In this document: positions 34,514 to 43,082 of the stretch, piece by piece
How the letters are laid out: the number at the start of each line of letters is the position of its first letter
Position numbering within the stretch: the stretch's first letter is position 1
NCBI GenBank assembly: GCA_035573355.1
Contig: DATMZV010000020.1
Span: forward strand, 5,917-69,916
DNA: 64,000 nucleotides
Origin: Gaiellaceae bacterium
Lineage (GTDB): Bacteria; Actinomycetota; Thermoleophilia; Gaiellales; Gaiellaceae
Direction: 5' to 3'
Translations under genes and position numbers: made by a program
The notes under the pieces: generated by a model
The model's input: the letters and a program-made list of their open reading frames with translations, nothing else
The model's database searches: none
Told to the model about the DNA's origin: nothing

Positions 34514-36463
34514 ATGTTTGTTCGAACGATCGGCAGGCTTTCCTGGATGCAGCCCCTGGCTCTGTTAGCTTCGCGCCCGATGCGCTGGCCCGTTGCCTTG
34601 GGAGCCGCGGCCGCCGGCCTCGCCTTTGCCGCGCTCTTTTTCAGCGGCGGCTCGAGCCAGTCCCGGCTCTTCTGGATCGGGGCCGCCGCGGTGCTGGTGG
34701 CCGCCGTGGGATGGATCTGGCGGCCGAGACGGCTGCCGCTCGAGGGGACGGTGTTCTTCTGCCTGCTCGCCGCGTTCATCGTCTGGCAGGGGGTCTCGAT
34801 CGCCTGGTCGATCCAGCCGAGCCGCTCGTGGGACTACGCGAATCGCGGGGTCGTGTACTTCGCGTTCGCGGCGGTCGGTGCGCTTGTCGGTGGGGTGCCT
34901 TTGCGGCGGTTCGCCGCCGTTGCCTGCGTGTTGCTCGGTGCGTTGTTCGCGTGGGCGCTGGCCGCGAAGGTCGCACCGGGGTTGTATCCGGATTACGAGC
35001 GGCTGGCGCGGCTGCGCTATCCCGTGGCTTACTGGAACGAGCTCGCGTTGCTGGCCGCTACGGCGGTACCGCTCGGGTTGTGGGCGGTGGGGCCGCGGCA
35101 CGAGCGGCGGGCGCGGCTCGGCGGCGCGCTCCTCTTGTACGCGGCGCTCGTCGTCGCGGTGCTGACGTACTCGCGCGTCGGGATCGTGTTGACCGTCGCC
35201 GCTGCGCTCGTGTGGCTGTGGCTCGATCGGGACGAACTCACGGTGCTTGGGCCCCTCGCTGTGGCTTGGGTGGTCGGTGCCTGCGTCGCCGCGGCGGCGT
35301 TGCTGCTTCCCGGGGTCAGCGAGGACGGACAGCCGCACCATGCGCGCCTGCAGGACGGCCTCGTGTTCGGCGCGGTGCTGCTCGTCGGTGGGATCGTGGT
35401 CGGCTTTGCAACGCACTTCGTGTTGGAGCGCGCCGTCGATGCGCGTGTGGCCCGTGGGGCGGCGATCGTGCTCGTCGTCCTGTTGCTTGCCGCGCTCGTG
35501 GCCGCGGTGGTGCGCGCGGGCGGACCCGGCGATTTCGTCAGTGCGCGCTGGCACGAGTTCTCGAACAGAGTCAGCTCGCAGGTGCCGCAGACGCCGGACA
35601 GAGTGATCAGCACGAGCTCGAGCAACCGCTGGCGCTGGTGGACGGAAGCCTGGAATGCATTCACTGCGAATCCAGTGCGGGGGACGGGCGCCGGGACGTT
35701 CGAGCTCACGGACCGGCTCGAGCGCGACACGCAGCTCGCGACGACCGAGCCGCATTCGGTGCCGCTCCAGTTTCTGAGTGAGACCGGGATCGTCGGGTTT
35801 CTGTTGTACGTCGGGGTGATCGCCGCGGGCGTGATTGCGGTGCTGCGCCGGGACCGGACGCGCGCGTGGCTGGCGCTGTCACTGGGTGTGGCGCTCTGCG
35901 TTGTTCATTCGTTCGTCGACATCGACTGGGACTTCCTCGCGGTACTGGGGCCCTTCTTCCTCACCATGGGGGCACTCGTGTCCGGTCCCGTCGAGAGGTC
36001 TCCCGTCACTCCGCGCCGTTGGCTGACCTCGGCTGCCGTGGGTGTCTGTGCGGTCGCGGCGCTTTACTCGCTGGCTTCGCCGTGGCTGGCTGTGAACCGC
36101 GTCTCAGCTTCTCTCGATGCCTTGACGAACGGGAATATCCGGCAGGCGCGAACAGATGCGTTGTCGGCGCGTGCGTTCAATCCGCTGTCGGTTGACGCGA
36201 TCTTCGCGCAGGCTCTGGTCGAGCGGAACGCGAAGGCGCTGACGCTGTACAGGAAGGCCGTCGACCTCGAGCCGAAGAATGCGGAGACGTGGTACGAGCT
36301 CGGCTCCTTCGAGCTGATGAGCCTGCGCCGTCCGCGCGCTGCGTACCGCGACCTGAATCACGCGTACACGCTCGACCACAACATCTTCGGGCCCGGGACC
36401 CTGCCGGGTCGTGCTCTCGACGCGGCCCGCTGTCAGATCGACCCGGCTACCTGCCCAAAATGA
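34514..36463 (+). CDS. O-antigen ligase (Wzy_C)-like polytopic membrane protein with C-terminal TPR region
   Basis: 649 aa, at least 10 TM helices. Periplasmic-loop segment ...GTGAGTFELTDRLERD...EPHSVPLQFLSETG. TPR-like tail (YRKAVDLEPKNAETWYELG). Confidence 0.8.
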   Translation: MFVRTIGRLSWMQPLALLASRPMRWPVALGAAAAGLAFAALFFSGGSSQSRLFWIGAAAVLVAAVGWIWRPRRLPLEGTVFFCLLAAFIVWQGVSIAWSIQPSRSWDYANRGVVYFAFAAVGALVGGVPLRRFAAVACVLLGALFAWALAAKVAPGLYPDYERLARLRYPVAYWNELALLAATAVPLGLWAVGPRHERRARLGGALLLYAALVVAVLTYSRVGIVLTVAAALVWLWLDRDELTVLGPLAVAWVVGACVAAAALLLPGVSEDGQPHHARLQDGLVFGAVLLVGGIVVGFATHFVLERAVDARVARGAAIVLVVLLLAALVAAVVRAGGPGDFVSARWHEFSNRVSSQVPQTPDRVISTSSSNRWRWWTEAWNAFTANPVRGTGAGTFELTDRLERDTQLATTEPHSVPLQFLSETGIVGFLLYVGVIAAGVIAVLRRDRTRAWLALSLGVALCVVHSFVDIDWDFLAVLGPFFLTMGALVSGPVERSPVTPRRWLTSAAVGVCAVAALYSLASPWLAVNRVSASLDALTNGNIRQARTDALSARAFNPLSVDAIFAQALVERNAKALTLYRKAVDLEPKNAETWYELGSFELMSLRRPRAAYRDLNHAYTLDHNIFGPGTLPGRALDAARCQIDPATCPK

Positions 36464-36944
36464 GCACGAGGTGCGCTCCCAGCAGCTGAGCTGGGTGCAT
36501 CCCGTCGAGCGGCCGCACGATTCGGATGTGGAGGTCGCGTCCGAGACGCTTGCCTTCGGCGACGTAACCGGGGCGGTACATGATCAGTGTGCGCGGCGTG
36601 TCGCCGGCGGCGTTGCCGATCTGCCCGAGCAGGTAGCCGTGGGCGGTGACCTTGTCGGCTGCGGCGTGCGCGGCGCCCGAGACACCGCCGCCGTTCAGCA
36701 CCATGACGGTTGTCTCGGCGCGGCCGAGTTCAGGCTTCTTGGCCGGCGTGGGCTGGGCGGTGCGAACCGGCGGCGTGCTGGCGGCCGCGGCGCTCTCGCG
36801 CAGGTGGCTCGCGAGCGGGTTTCCGAGGACAAAGAGCGCGATAGCAGCGAGAGCGATGAGCTCGATCGTCGCGACGACGCTGACGGCGATCGTCGCGCGG
36901 CGCCAGGGCCGGATCGGATCGATCAGATCGTGTACATGCTGCAT
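36447..36944 (-). CDS. LytR_C (LytR/CpsA/Psr C-terminal) domain protein with N-terminal TM anchor
   Basis: 165 aa. TVMVLNGGGVSGAAHAAADKVTAHGY...MYRPGYVAEGKRLGRDL is typical of LytR_C. Confidence 0.75.
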   Translation of the reverse strand: MQHVHDLIDPIRPWRRATIAVSVVATIELIALAAIALFVLGNPLASHLRESAAAASTPPVRTAQPTPAKKPELGRAETTVMVLNGGGVSGAAHAAADKVTAHGYLLGQIGNAAGDTPRTLIMYRPGYVAEGKRLGRDLHIRIVRPLDGMHPAQLLGAHLVLILGR

Positions 36945-36977
36945 CGCCCGGAGCGAGTTCGTCTTGCGCGCCCCCGC

Positions 36978-37026
36978 TCCTTCAAGCCCGGCTCGTTCGG
37001 ACCAGTGCCAGGGACAGTCCCTGGAG
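36978..37026 (-). promoter_or_regulatory. Conserved leader element, copy 2 (upstream of LytR_C gene)
   Basis: Sense strand CCAGGGACTGTCCCTGGCACTGGTCCGAACGAGCCGGGCTTGAAGGAGCGG. Perfect palindrome CCAGGGAC-N-GTCCCTGG at 37008..37024. Confidence 0.45.
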
Positions 37027-37087
37027 CACGTCTCGAAGCGTCACGACCCCGGAGCCGTCGTATCCCGACATGCCGGCTCGAGCCACG

Positions 37088-37150
37088 ACGGGGACTGTCC
37101 CCGACATGTCCCGGTGCGACAGGTCCGCGGCACGGCGACTTTGGACGGGA
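37088..37150 (+). promoter_or_regulatory. Conserved leader element, copy 3 (diverged, facing DUF202 gene)
   Basis: ACGGGGACTGTCCCCGACATGTCCCGGTGCGAC...GACTTTGGACGGGATGG, palindrome GGGGAC-T-GTCCCC at 37090..37102. Inverted relative to copy 2. Confidence 0.35.
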
Positions 37151-37273
37151 TGGGTGCCACGAATGTGTGACTTCTCGTCCACACCCGGCTCGCACGGGCG
37201 CGTGCGGCGGCTTCGCGGCGCATATGTTCGACGGCGGCACGCCGCGGTCCCGGGATTCAGGGCAGTAGGGGGA

Positions 37274-37669
37274 TTGGCGAAACGATTGGCGAAACGTCAG
37301 CTGGTGGCAGCTGAGCGTTTCGATGAGGCCGGTGACGCGACACGACGAACGAGGCTCGCGACCGAACGGACCTACCTGGCGTGGTGGCGAACCGGGCTGA
37401 CGTGCCTCGCCGTCGGCTTCGGTGCAGGACGGCTTGTGCCGGACCTGTCGCGGGGCACGAACTGGCCCTTCGAGGTGATCGGAGTCTCGTTTGCGCTCGT
37501 GGGCGTCGGGTTCATCGTCTACGGCTACGTTCGGCAGAAGCAGGTTGAGGAGGCTCTCGTTCGTGCCGAGTACGCGCCTCTGAATACTCGCGCTGCGTTG
37601 GTGTTCGCGTCGCTGGGCGTGCTACTCGGACTCGCGACACTGGTACTGCTACTCGTTCACCCGACCTAA
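37274..37669 (+). CDS. DUF202 (YidH-like) membrane protein
   Basis: Motif ERTYLAWWRTGL plus 3 TM helices. Start uncertain (TTG 37274, TTG 37286 or GTG 37304). The 5' end contains a 12-nt tandem duplication GATTGGCGAAAC x2 (37272..37295). Confidence 0.55.
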   Translation: MAKRLAKRQLVAAERFDEAGDATRRTRLATERTYLAWWRTGLTCLAVGFGAGRLVPDLSRGTNWPFEVIGVSFALVGVGFIVYGYVRQKQVEEALVRAEYAPLNTRAALVFASLGVLLGLATLVLLLVHPT

Positions 37670-37884
37670 TCCACCGGCGGCGTAGCGGGCAGAAGCTCGC
37701 GGGCCGCTTCCAGCTGATCTTCGCTGACGAGGACTTCTCGCCATCCTCCAGGGCCGCCTATGCCTTGAATCGCGACATCCGCTGGGCGGTCGCCGCACCT
37801 GATTCCGTTCTCGCGTAGCAGTGAGCAGAGGATGTCGGCCTCCGCCTGGCTGCCAACGGCCGTCAGGTGGACAGGCGTCTCCAT
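37666..37884 (-). CDS. DUF2007-like small protein
   Basis: Last 72 aa (METPVHLTAVGSQAEADILCSLLRENGI...) of shadow ORF 37666..38463. Confidence 0.5.
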   Translation of the reverse strand: METPVHLTAVGSQAEADILCSLLRENGIRCGDRPADVAIQGIGGPGGWREVLVSEDQLEAARELLPATPPVD

Positions 37885-37919
37885 CGGGAGACAGTGTCGC
37901 AAAATCCGAATGCTCAGGT

Positions 37920-38825
37920 CTACGTGGAGGAGATCCAGGCCCACGTTTCCGCGAGGCCCTCGTCGAGTGAGCGCTGCGGCTCCCAGCCCAGCTCGGTTCG
38001 CGCCCGCGACGGGTCGAGGACGCTTCGCTGCAGCTCGCCCGGGCGGGCTTCCGCGAACTCCGCCTCGCGCGTGACTCCCGCGACGCGCTGGATCCGCTCG
38101 TACAGGTCGAGCACCGACGTCTCGACACCGCTCCCGACGTTCAGCACGCCACCGCCGTGCTCCGCCGCCGACAGTGACGCCGCAACGACGTCGCCGACGT
38201 AGACGTAGTCGCGGGTCTGCGTCCCGTCGCCGAAGATCTTCGGCGTCCCGCCCTCGCGCAGCCGGTTCATGAAGATCGCGACGACGCCGGCTTCGCCCTT
38301 CGGATCCTGCCGCGGCCCGTACACGTTCCCGAACCGCAGCGACGCGTGGCCCGTGCCGTACAGGCGGTTGTACGCCGCGAGGTACTCCTCGCCCGAGAGC
38401 TTCGACACGCCGTAGGGCGCGAGCGGCTCGCGCGCGTGATCCTCGTCCGCCGGCCCGTCGCATTCGCCGTAGATCGCTCCGCCCGTCGAGCTGAACACGA
38501 TCTTCGTGCCGTGCCGCCGCGCGGCCTCGAGCACCTGCAGCGTTCCGACGACGTTCACGTCTGCGTCGAAGTCGGGACGCTCGACCGACACGCGCACGTC
38601 CGCCTGCGCCGCCAGGTGGAAGCAGAGCTCCGGGCGAGCCTCGTCGAAGACCCGTCCCGTGTCGGCACGGATGTCTCCCTCGTGCACGCGCGCGTCAGCG
38701 GGAACGTTCTCGAGCTTTCCCCGCGAGAGGTCGTCGAGGACGTGCACCTCATCGCCGCGCGCCACCAGCGCATCGACGACGTGCGAGCCGATGAAGCCCG
38801 CGCCTCCAGTGACGACCGCCCGCAC
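37920..38825 (-). CDS. NAD-dependent epimerase/dehydratase (UDP-glucose 4-epimerase-like)
   Basis: GTG 38825, VRAVVTGGAGFIGSHVV. Catalytic YGVSK. 301 aa. Confidence 0.85.
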   Translation of the reverse strand: MRAVVTGGAGFIGSHVVDALVARGDEVHVLDDLSRGKLENVPADARVHEGDIRADTGRVFDEARPELCFHLAAQADVRVSVERPDFDADVNVVGTLQVLEAARRHGTKIVFSSTGGAIYGECDGPADEDHAREPLAPYGVSKLSGEEYLAAYNRLYGTGHASLRFGNVYGPRQDPKGEAGVVAIFMNRLREGGTPKIFGDGTQTRDYVYVGDVVAASLSAAEHGGGVLNVGSGVETSVLDLYERIQRVAGVTREAEFAEARPGELQRSVLDPSRARTELGWEPQRSLDEGLAETWAWISST

Positions 38826-38846
38826 GCGCCGTATCGTACGGCCGCG

Positions 38847-39440
38847 GTGTTCGTCACCTTCGAAGGCCTGGATGGGTCCGGCAAGACCACGCAGGCGGAG
38901 CTCCTCGCCGAAGCGCTCCTCGCGGAGGGACGGGACGTCGTCTCCACCCGCGAGCCGGGAGGCACACCGCTCGGGGAAGAGGTGCGCCGCCTCCTGCTGG
39001 AAGGGGTGGAGATGAGCCCGTGGGCCGAGGCCGCCCTCTTCACTGCCGCCCGGGCAGAGCTCGCCGCGACCGTGATCGCGCCCGCCCTCGCCGCGGGCCG
39101 GGACGTCGTCTGCGACCGCTACCTCGATTCCTCGCTGGCCTACCAGGGCCTCGCGCGGGGCCTCGGCGTCGAGCGCATCCTCATGCTCAACCTCAGCGCA
39201 ACCGAAGGCCTGCTCCCCGACCTGACCTTCGTCGTGCTGGTCGATCCCGAGGTCGCAGCCGAGCGCAGCACGGGCAGCGACCGTATCGAGCGCGAGGGGC
39301 TCGAGCTCCAGCGGAAGGTCGACGCCGCCTACCGCGAACTGGCGAGTATGTTCCCGAACCGGATCACGACGGTGGACGGCAACCGCCCGCCCGAGGTGAT
39401 CGCAGAGGAGATCCGTGAACGCCTTCGACAGCTTTCCTGA
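38847..39440 (+). CDS. tmk: Thymidylate kinase
   Basis: GTG 38847, VFVTFEGLDGSGKTTQ P-loop, DRYLDSSLAYQG. 197 aa. Confidence 0.9.
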   Translation: MFVTFEGLDGSGKTTQAELLAEALLAEGRDVVSTREPGGTPLGEEVRRLLLEGVEMSPWAEAALFTAARAELAATVIAPALAAGRDVVCDRYLDSSLAYQGLARGLGVERILMLNLSATEGLLPDLTFVVLVDPEVAAERSTGSDRIEREGLELQRKVDAAYRELASMFPNRITTVDGNRPPEVIAEEIRERLRQLS

Positions 39441-40500
39441 GCAGGCAGAGGCAAAGCGCCTGCTGCGGGCGGCCGTCGCGGACGAAGGGCCCGCGCACGC
39501 GTACCTCTTCCACGGCCCGTCCGGCGTCGGCAAGCGCACGGCCGCCATCGCCTTCGCCGGCGAGCTGATCGGAGACCGTGGCCGCGTCGAGCGCGGGGCG
39601 CATCCTGACGTCTACCTCATCGAGCCGGTCGGGGACCAGATCCGCATCGACGACATCCGCGAGCTCCGACGCGACCTGCATATGCGGCCGTTCGAGGCCG
39701 ACCGCCGCGTCTACCTCGTCTACAGCGCCGAGACGATGAACGAGGACGCAGCCGACGCGTTGCTCAAGGACCTCGAGGAGCCGCCCCCGTACGCGATCAT
39801 TGTCCTCGTCGCCGACGACCTCGGCCCACTGCCCGACACGATCCGGTCGCGCTGCCAACTCGTTCCGTTCACGCGTCTCTCCGAGCGCGCGATCCGCGCG
39901 GAGATCGACGCACGCGCTCCCGGGCTCTCCTCGAACGAGGCCGCGTCGCTCGCGCGGCTCGCGTCGGGCCGGCTCGACCGCGTCACACGTTTGCTCGATC
40001 CCGAATCCACCCGGCGACGCGACACGCTGCTCGAGGTTGCCCGCTCGGTCTACACCGATCCGGCGTTCGAGCCGAGCGCTGCCGCGCAGCGCCTCCTCGA
40101 CGGCGCGCGCGAACGTGCCGCCGAGGCAAAGGTGAAGGCCGAGGAGGATCTCGAGACGCTGGACCTGCCGACGCGCGAGGCCGAGCAGCGCGTCCGCCGG
40201 GCCGCCCGCGGCGCCGAACGTGACGAGCTCCTCGCCTCGCTGGAAGAGCTCGCCTCCTGGTACCGGGACCTGGTCGTCGTGGCGGTGGGCGCCGAGAGCG
40301 CGGTCGTCCATGCCGACCGGCTCGACCTCCTGACCCAGGACGGCAAGACGGAGCGACTCGCCGGCGCCGAGCGCGCCGCGGAGCTAACGCGGGAGACCTG
40401 GCGGGCCTTCGAGGAGTTCAACCTCAGCCCCCCGCTGGCCCTCGAGGCGCTTTTCGTGAAGCTCCGCCGCGAATTGGGCGCTATGCCAGTTCTGGCCTAG
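39415..40500 (+). CDS. holB: DNA polymerase III delta-prime subunit
   Basis: 361 aa. HAYLFHGPSGVGKRTAA. Conserved tmk-holB synteny; overlaps tmk by 26 nt. Confidence 0.85.
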   Translation: MNAFDSFPEQAEAKRLLRAAVADEGPAHAYLFHGPSGVGKRTAAIAFAGELIGDRGRVERGAHPDVYLIEPVGDQIRIDDIRELRRDLHMRPFEADRRVYLVYSAETMNEDAADALLKDLEEPPPYAIIVLVADDLGPLPDTIRSRCQLVPFTRLSERAIRAEIDARAPGLSSNEAASLARLASGRLDRVTRLLDPESTRRRDTLLEVARSVYTDPAFEPSAAAQRLLDGARERAAEAKVKAEEDLETLDLPTREAEQRVRRAARGAERDELLASLEELASWYRDLVVVAVGAESAVVHADRLDLLTQDGKTERLAGAERAAELTRETWRAFEEFNLSPPLALEALFVKLRRELGAMPVLA

Positions 40501-40588
40501 CCCCTCGTTCTAGGGTCGCCCACCCACCCGCGCCTGCCGACACACGACGTACGAGCGCCCCGCAGAGCGCTCCGCAGCAGGAGGATCG

Positions 40589-41809
40589 GTGGCCGCAGTT
40601 CCGCAGATAGGTCGGGCAACCCGCGTCGAGCGACCAATCGCTCCGGGGGTCAACGCTGCCGCCGAGCTCTACGAGCGCTACTCGGAGCAGATCCTCGGCT
40701 ACTGCCAGCATCAGCTGGGCTCGCGCGAAGAGGCCGAGGACGCCGTTCAGACCACCTTCATGAACGCCCTGCGCGGCCTGCAGCGCGGCATCGTCCCGGA
40801 GCTCGAGTCGGCGTGGCTGTTCAAGATCGCCCACAACGTCTGCCTTTCCCGGCACCGCTCGTCGTGGCGCCGCGGCAAGGTCGAGTCACCGAACAACTTC
40901 GAGGTCCTGCAGGAGGTCGTCGCAGGGCCGGACCACGCAGCGGACGAGCTCATCCGCCTCCAGGACGTCCTCGAGGGGATGCCGGAAACCCAGCGCCGCG
41001 CGATTCTGTTGCGTGAGTGGCAGGGGCTCACCTACAAGGAGATCTCGACCGAGCTTGGCCTGACCCAGGGCGCCGTCGAGACACTGATCTTCCGCGCTCG
41101 ACGCGCACTCGCTCAGGGCCTGGAGCAAGACGCGGACACGTGGAAGAGACGGCTGCGTCGCGGCGCCGACGTCGGTGGCGTATTCGCTTGCGTGAAAGCG
41201 CTGCTCGGCGGCGGCGGCGCGGCAGCCGTCAAAGTCACTGCGACCGCACTCGCGGTCGCGACCACGGCGGTGGCGGCCGCTACGACAGAAGGACCGAAGC
41301 ACGACGCGTACCACCTGAGCCTCGGCAAGCAGCCCGCTCCGACGACGATTCACGTCACGCGTGCGACAGCGCCGAGGACAGCGGCGCTGACGAGCACGAC
41401 GCTCGCGCACTACACGCTGACGCGAACCGCAAAGTCCACGAGCTCCGCCGCGCACAGGTTGTCGACGCCTGTCACCCTCCCCACCTCGCAAGCCGCCGAG
41501 GAAACTCACGCGCCGGCACTTGCCCCGTCCCCGGCGCCGACTCCGACGCCCGAGCCTGCACAGACCGACCCGACGCCTGCTCCTCCTGCAGCGACGATCG
41601 CCGCGCCTGCCCCGACACCGGAGCGCACGCCGCTGGCGACAACTCAGCCGGCCGAGACGACGCCCGCTCCGGCTTCCGCTCCGGCGCCCGACCCGGCACC
41701 GCCGGCCGATCCGCCCGCCGAGCCCGAGCAGGGCCCGAGCACGGACACGGGCAAGCCCGACAAGCCCGACAAGCCGGACAAGCCCGAGAAGCCCGGCAAA
41801 GACAAGTAG
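40589..41809 (+). CDS. ECF sigma-70 family factor with TM helix and ~170-aa Pro/Thr/Ala-rich C-terminal extension
   Basis: 406 aa, GTG behind GCAGGAGG. Region 2 EDAVQTTFMNALRG, region 4 LTYKEISTELGLTQGAVETLIFRARRAL. Hydrophobic segment GGVFACVKALLGGGGAAAVKVTATALAVATTAVAAA, then low-complexity tail. Confidence 0.8.
   Translation: MAAVPQIGRATRVERPIAPGVNAAAELYERYSEQILGYCQHQLGSREEAEDAVQTTFMNALRGLQRGIVPELESAWLFKIAHNVCLSRHRSSWRRGKVESPNNFEVLQEVVAGPDHAADELIRLQDVLEGMPETQRRAILLREWQGLTYKEISTELGLTQGAVETLIFRARRALAQGLEQDADTWKRRLRRGADVGGVFACVKALLGGGGAAAVKVTATALAVATTAVAAATTEGPKHDAYHLSLGKQPAPTTIHVTRATAPRTAALTSTTLAHYTLTRTAKSTSSAAHRLSTPVTLPTSQAAEETHAPALAPSPAPTPTPEPAQTDPTPAPPAATIAAPAPTPERTPLATTQPAETTPAPASAPAPDPAPPADPPAEPEQGPSTDTGKPDKPDKPDKPEKPGKDK
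41753..41797 (+). repeat. 9-nt tandem repeat (AAGCCSGAS x5) encoding KPDKPDKPDKPEKPG
   Basis: Read directly at the 3' end of the sigma-factor gene. Confidence 0.85.
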
Positions 41810-41876
41810 CACGCGGCAACCAGGCGCCCTGACGGGACCGGGAGGCCGCACAACCTGGCGCTAAACTGAGCCGGCT

Positions 41877-41949
41877 GCCGACGTAGCTCAGCTGGTAGAG
41901 CACTTCACTCGTAATGAAGGGGTCCCCAGTTCGAATCTGGGCGTCGGCT
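41877..41949 (+). tRNA. tRNA-Thr (anticodon CGT)
   Basis: 73 nt folding into a canonical cloverleaf: acceptor GCCGACG/CGTCGGC, D arm GCTC-AGCTGGTA-GAGC, anticodon arm CTTCA-CTCGTAA-TGAAG, T arm CCCAG-TTCGAAT-CTGGG. CCA not encoded. Confidence 0.95.
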
Positions 41950-42295
41950 CTCTACCGCCGGGTTCATCTGCCAGCACTCCAAGGCTGACGAGGACGGCTG
42001 GTGCTGGTACGGGGCGTGTACGAGTAGTCCAGGGGTGATCACCTGGCGTTGAGGTTGCGTGTGGACGGTCGGAACGGCAGGAAGGTTCGTCCGGCGCACG
42101 TTCACGACCGGAGAGAAAACGAACGGGGGATCCCGTCCGTCCGTTAGGCATGTCAGGGGTACACCGCGTGTACATCTCGCGCAGCGGCGCTCTGGGCCTG
42201 CCACGAGTCGTTTTTGACGGCTCTCGCGCGAAAAGACGCGGAAAGGACGACCTTTCGAGCGCTCCGAGTCGAGCGCTCAAGCGGAGTTACGGTCC

Positions 42296-42337
42296 CTCGT
42301 AATGAAGGGGTCCCCGGTTCGAGTCCGGGCGTCGGCT
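42296..42337 (+). repeat. tRNA-Thr 3'-half copy 1 (anticodon loop to 3' end)
   Basis: CTCGTAATGAAGGGGTCCCCGGTTCGAGTCCGGGCGTCGGCT; T-stem changes are compensatory. No matching 5' half, so not a functional tRNA. Confidence 0.75.
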
Positions 42338-42342
42338 CCTCC

Positions 42343-42807
42343 CTAGCTCTGGTTGGAGCCGCAGTCGCGGAGACCGGCGCGGTCAAACCGACGATTGAGA
42401 GGCTGGGCGAGGTTGCTGATCTTGTCGAGCTCGACAATCATCCCGGGGCCGTCTCCCATGGCGCCCTTGCGGAGGGCGAGTCGAGCGTGGCCGTCAGCCG
42501 TCCTGAGTAGGCGCAGAATCGGCGTCATCTGAGCGCGCATCGCCGAAGGGACCGGGGTGCTCTCAATTCGCCTGTCCTGGGCCAAGGCGAGCGCGAGGTA
42601 GTGACCCAGCGCGTAGCCGAAGGCCTTCCAGTCTTTGGCCTTGGTCGCCGTTTGCATTGCCTTCCGGTCGGTTCTGAACTTCGGGGTGTAGCTGCGGCAG
42701 AGGCCGTTCAGCTGCGCGCGGTAGCCGGAAGGAGTCTGCGCTGAAGCCGCCGACGGAGCGACGACTCCCAGGGCGACGGTGACGATGACTGTGGCGTAGA
42801 GCTTCAT
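42343..42807 (-). CDS. Secreted hypothetical protein
   Basis: Start at MKLYATVIVTVALGVVAPSAASA (42807), 154 aa. The listed ORF has a spurious 105-aa extension. Confidence 0.55.
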   Translation of the reverse strand: MKLYATVIVTVALGVVAPSAASAQTPSGYRAQLNGLCRSYTPKFRTDRKAMQTATKAKDWKAFGYALGHYLALALAQDRRIESTPVPSAMRAQMTPILRLLRTADGHARLALRKGAMGDGPGMIVELDKISNLAQPLNRRFDRAGLRDCGSNQS

Positions 42808-43082
42808 TGGCAAACGCGGGCCTTTGCTTCCCGACTTACATCGTCTCGTTGGCCTACCGCCTTTAGCCACCTCCCCGAGCCAGCGGTCCATGGGGCTTGT
42901 CTGGTGTAAATCGGCGCGACGGTTGACCCCAACCTCTGGGTCCAGGGACATCAGTACCTTCGTCGGGCGCCTGTCATCTGGCTTTTCCCAAAGTGAGGCA
43001 CAGGGGGAAGAGCTCTTCCGCGCTCGTGTGCGACACGCGCGTGCGGTGGCTAGCCCCATCCACGGAAACGAGAGGAACTTGC

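Noticed and set aside
41950-42295. Integrase or other coding remnant, or a structured ncRNA, in the first tRNA-flanked segment
   Set aside because: The listed ORFs (41888..42280, 41905..42204) run antisense through the tRNA and show no recombinase motifs. Only short isolated hairpins are visible, and there is no basis for an RNA-gene call.
42265-42337. A second complete tRNA gene
   Set aside because: Only the segment from the anticodon loop to the 3' end matches. The upstream sequence cannot form the acceptor or anticodon stems, so it is treated as an att-like fragment.
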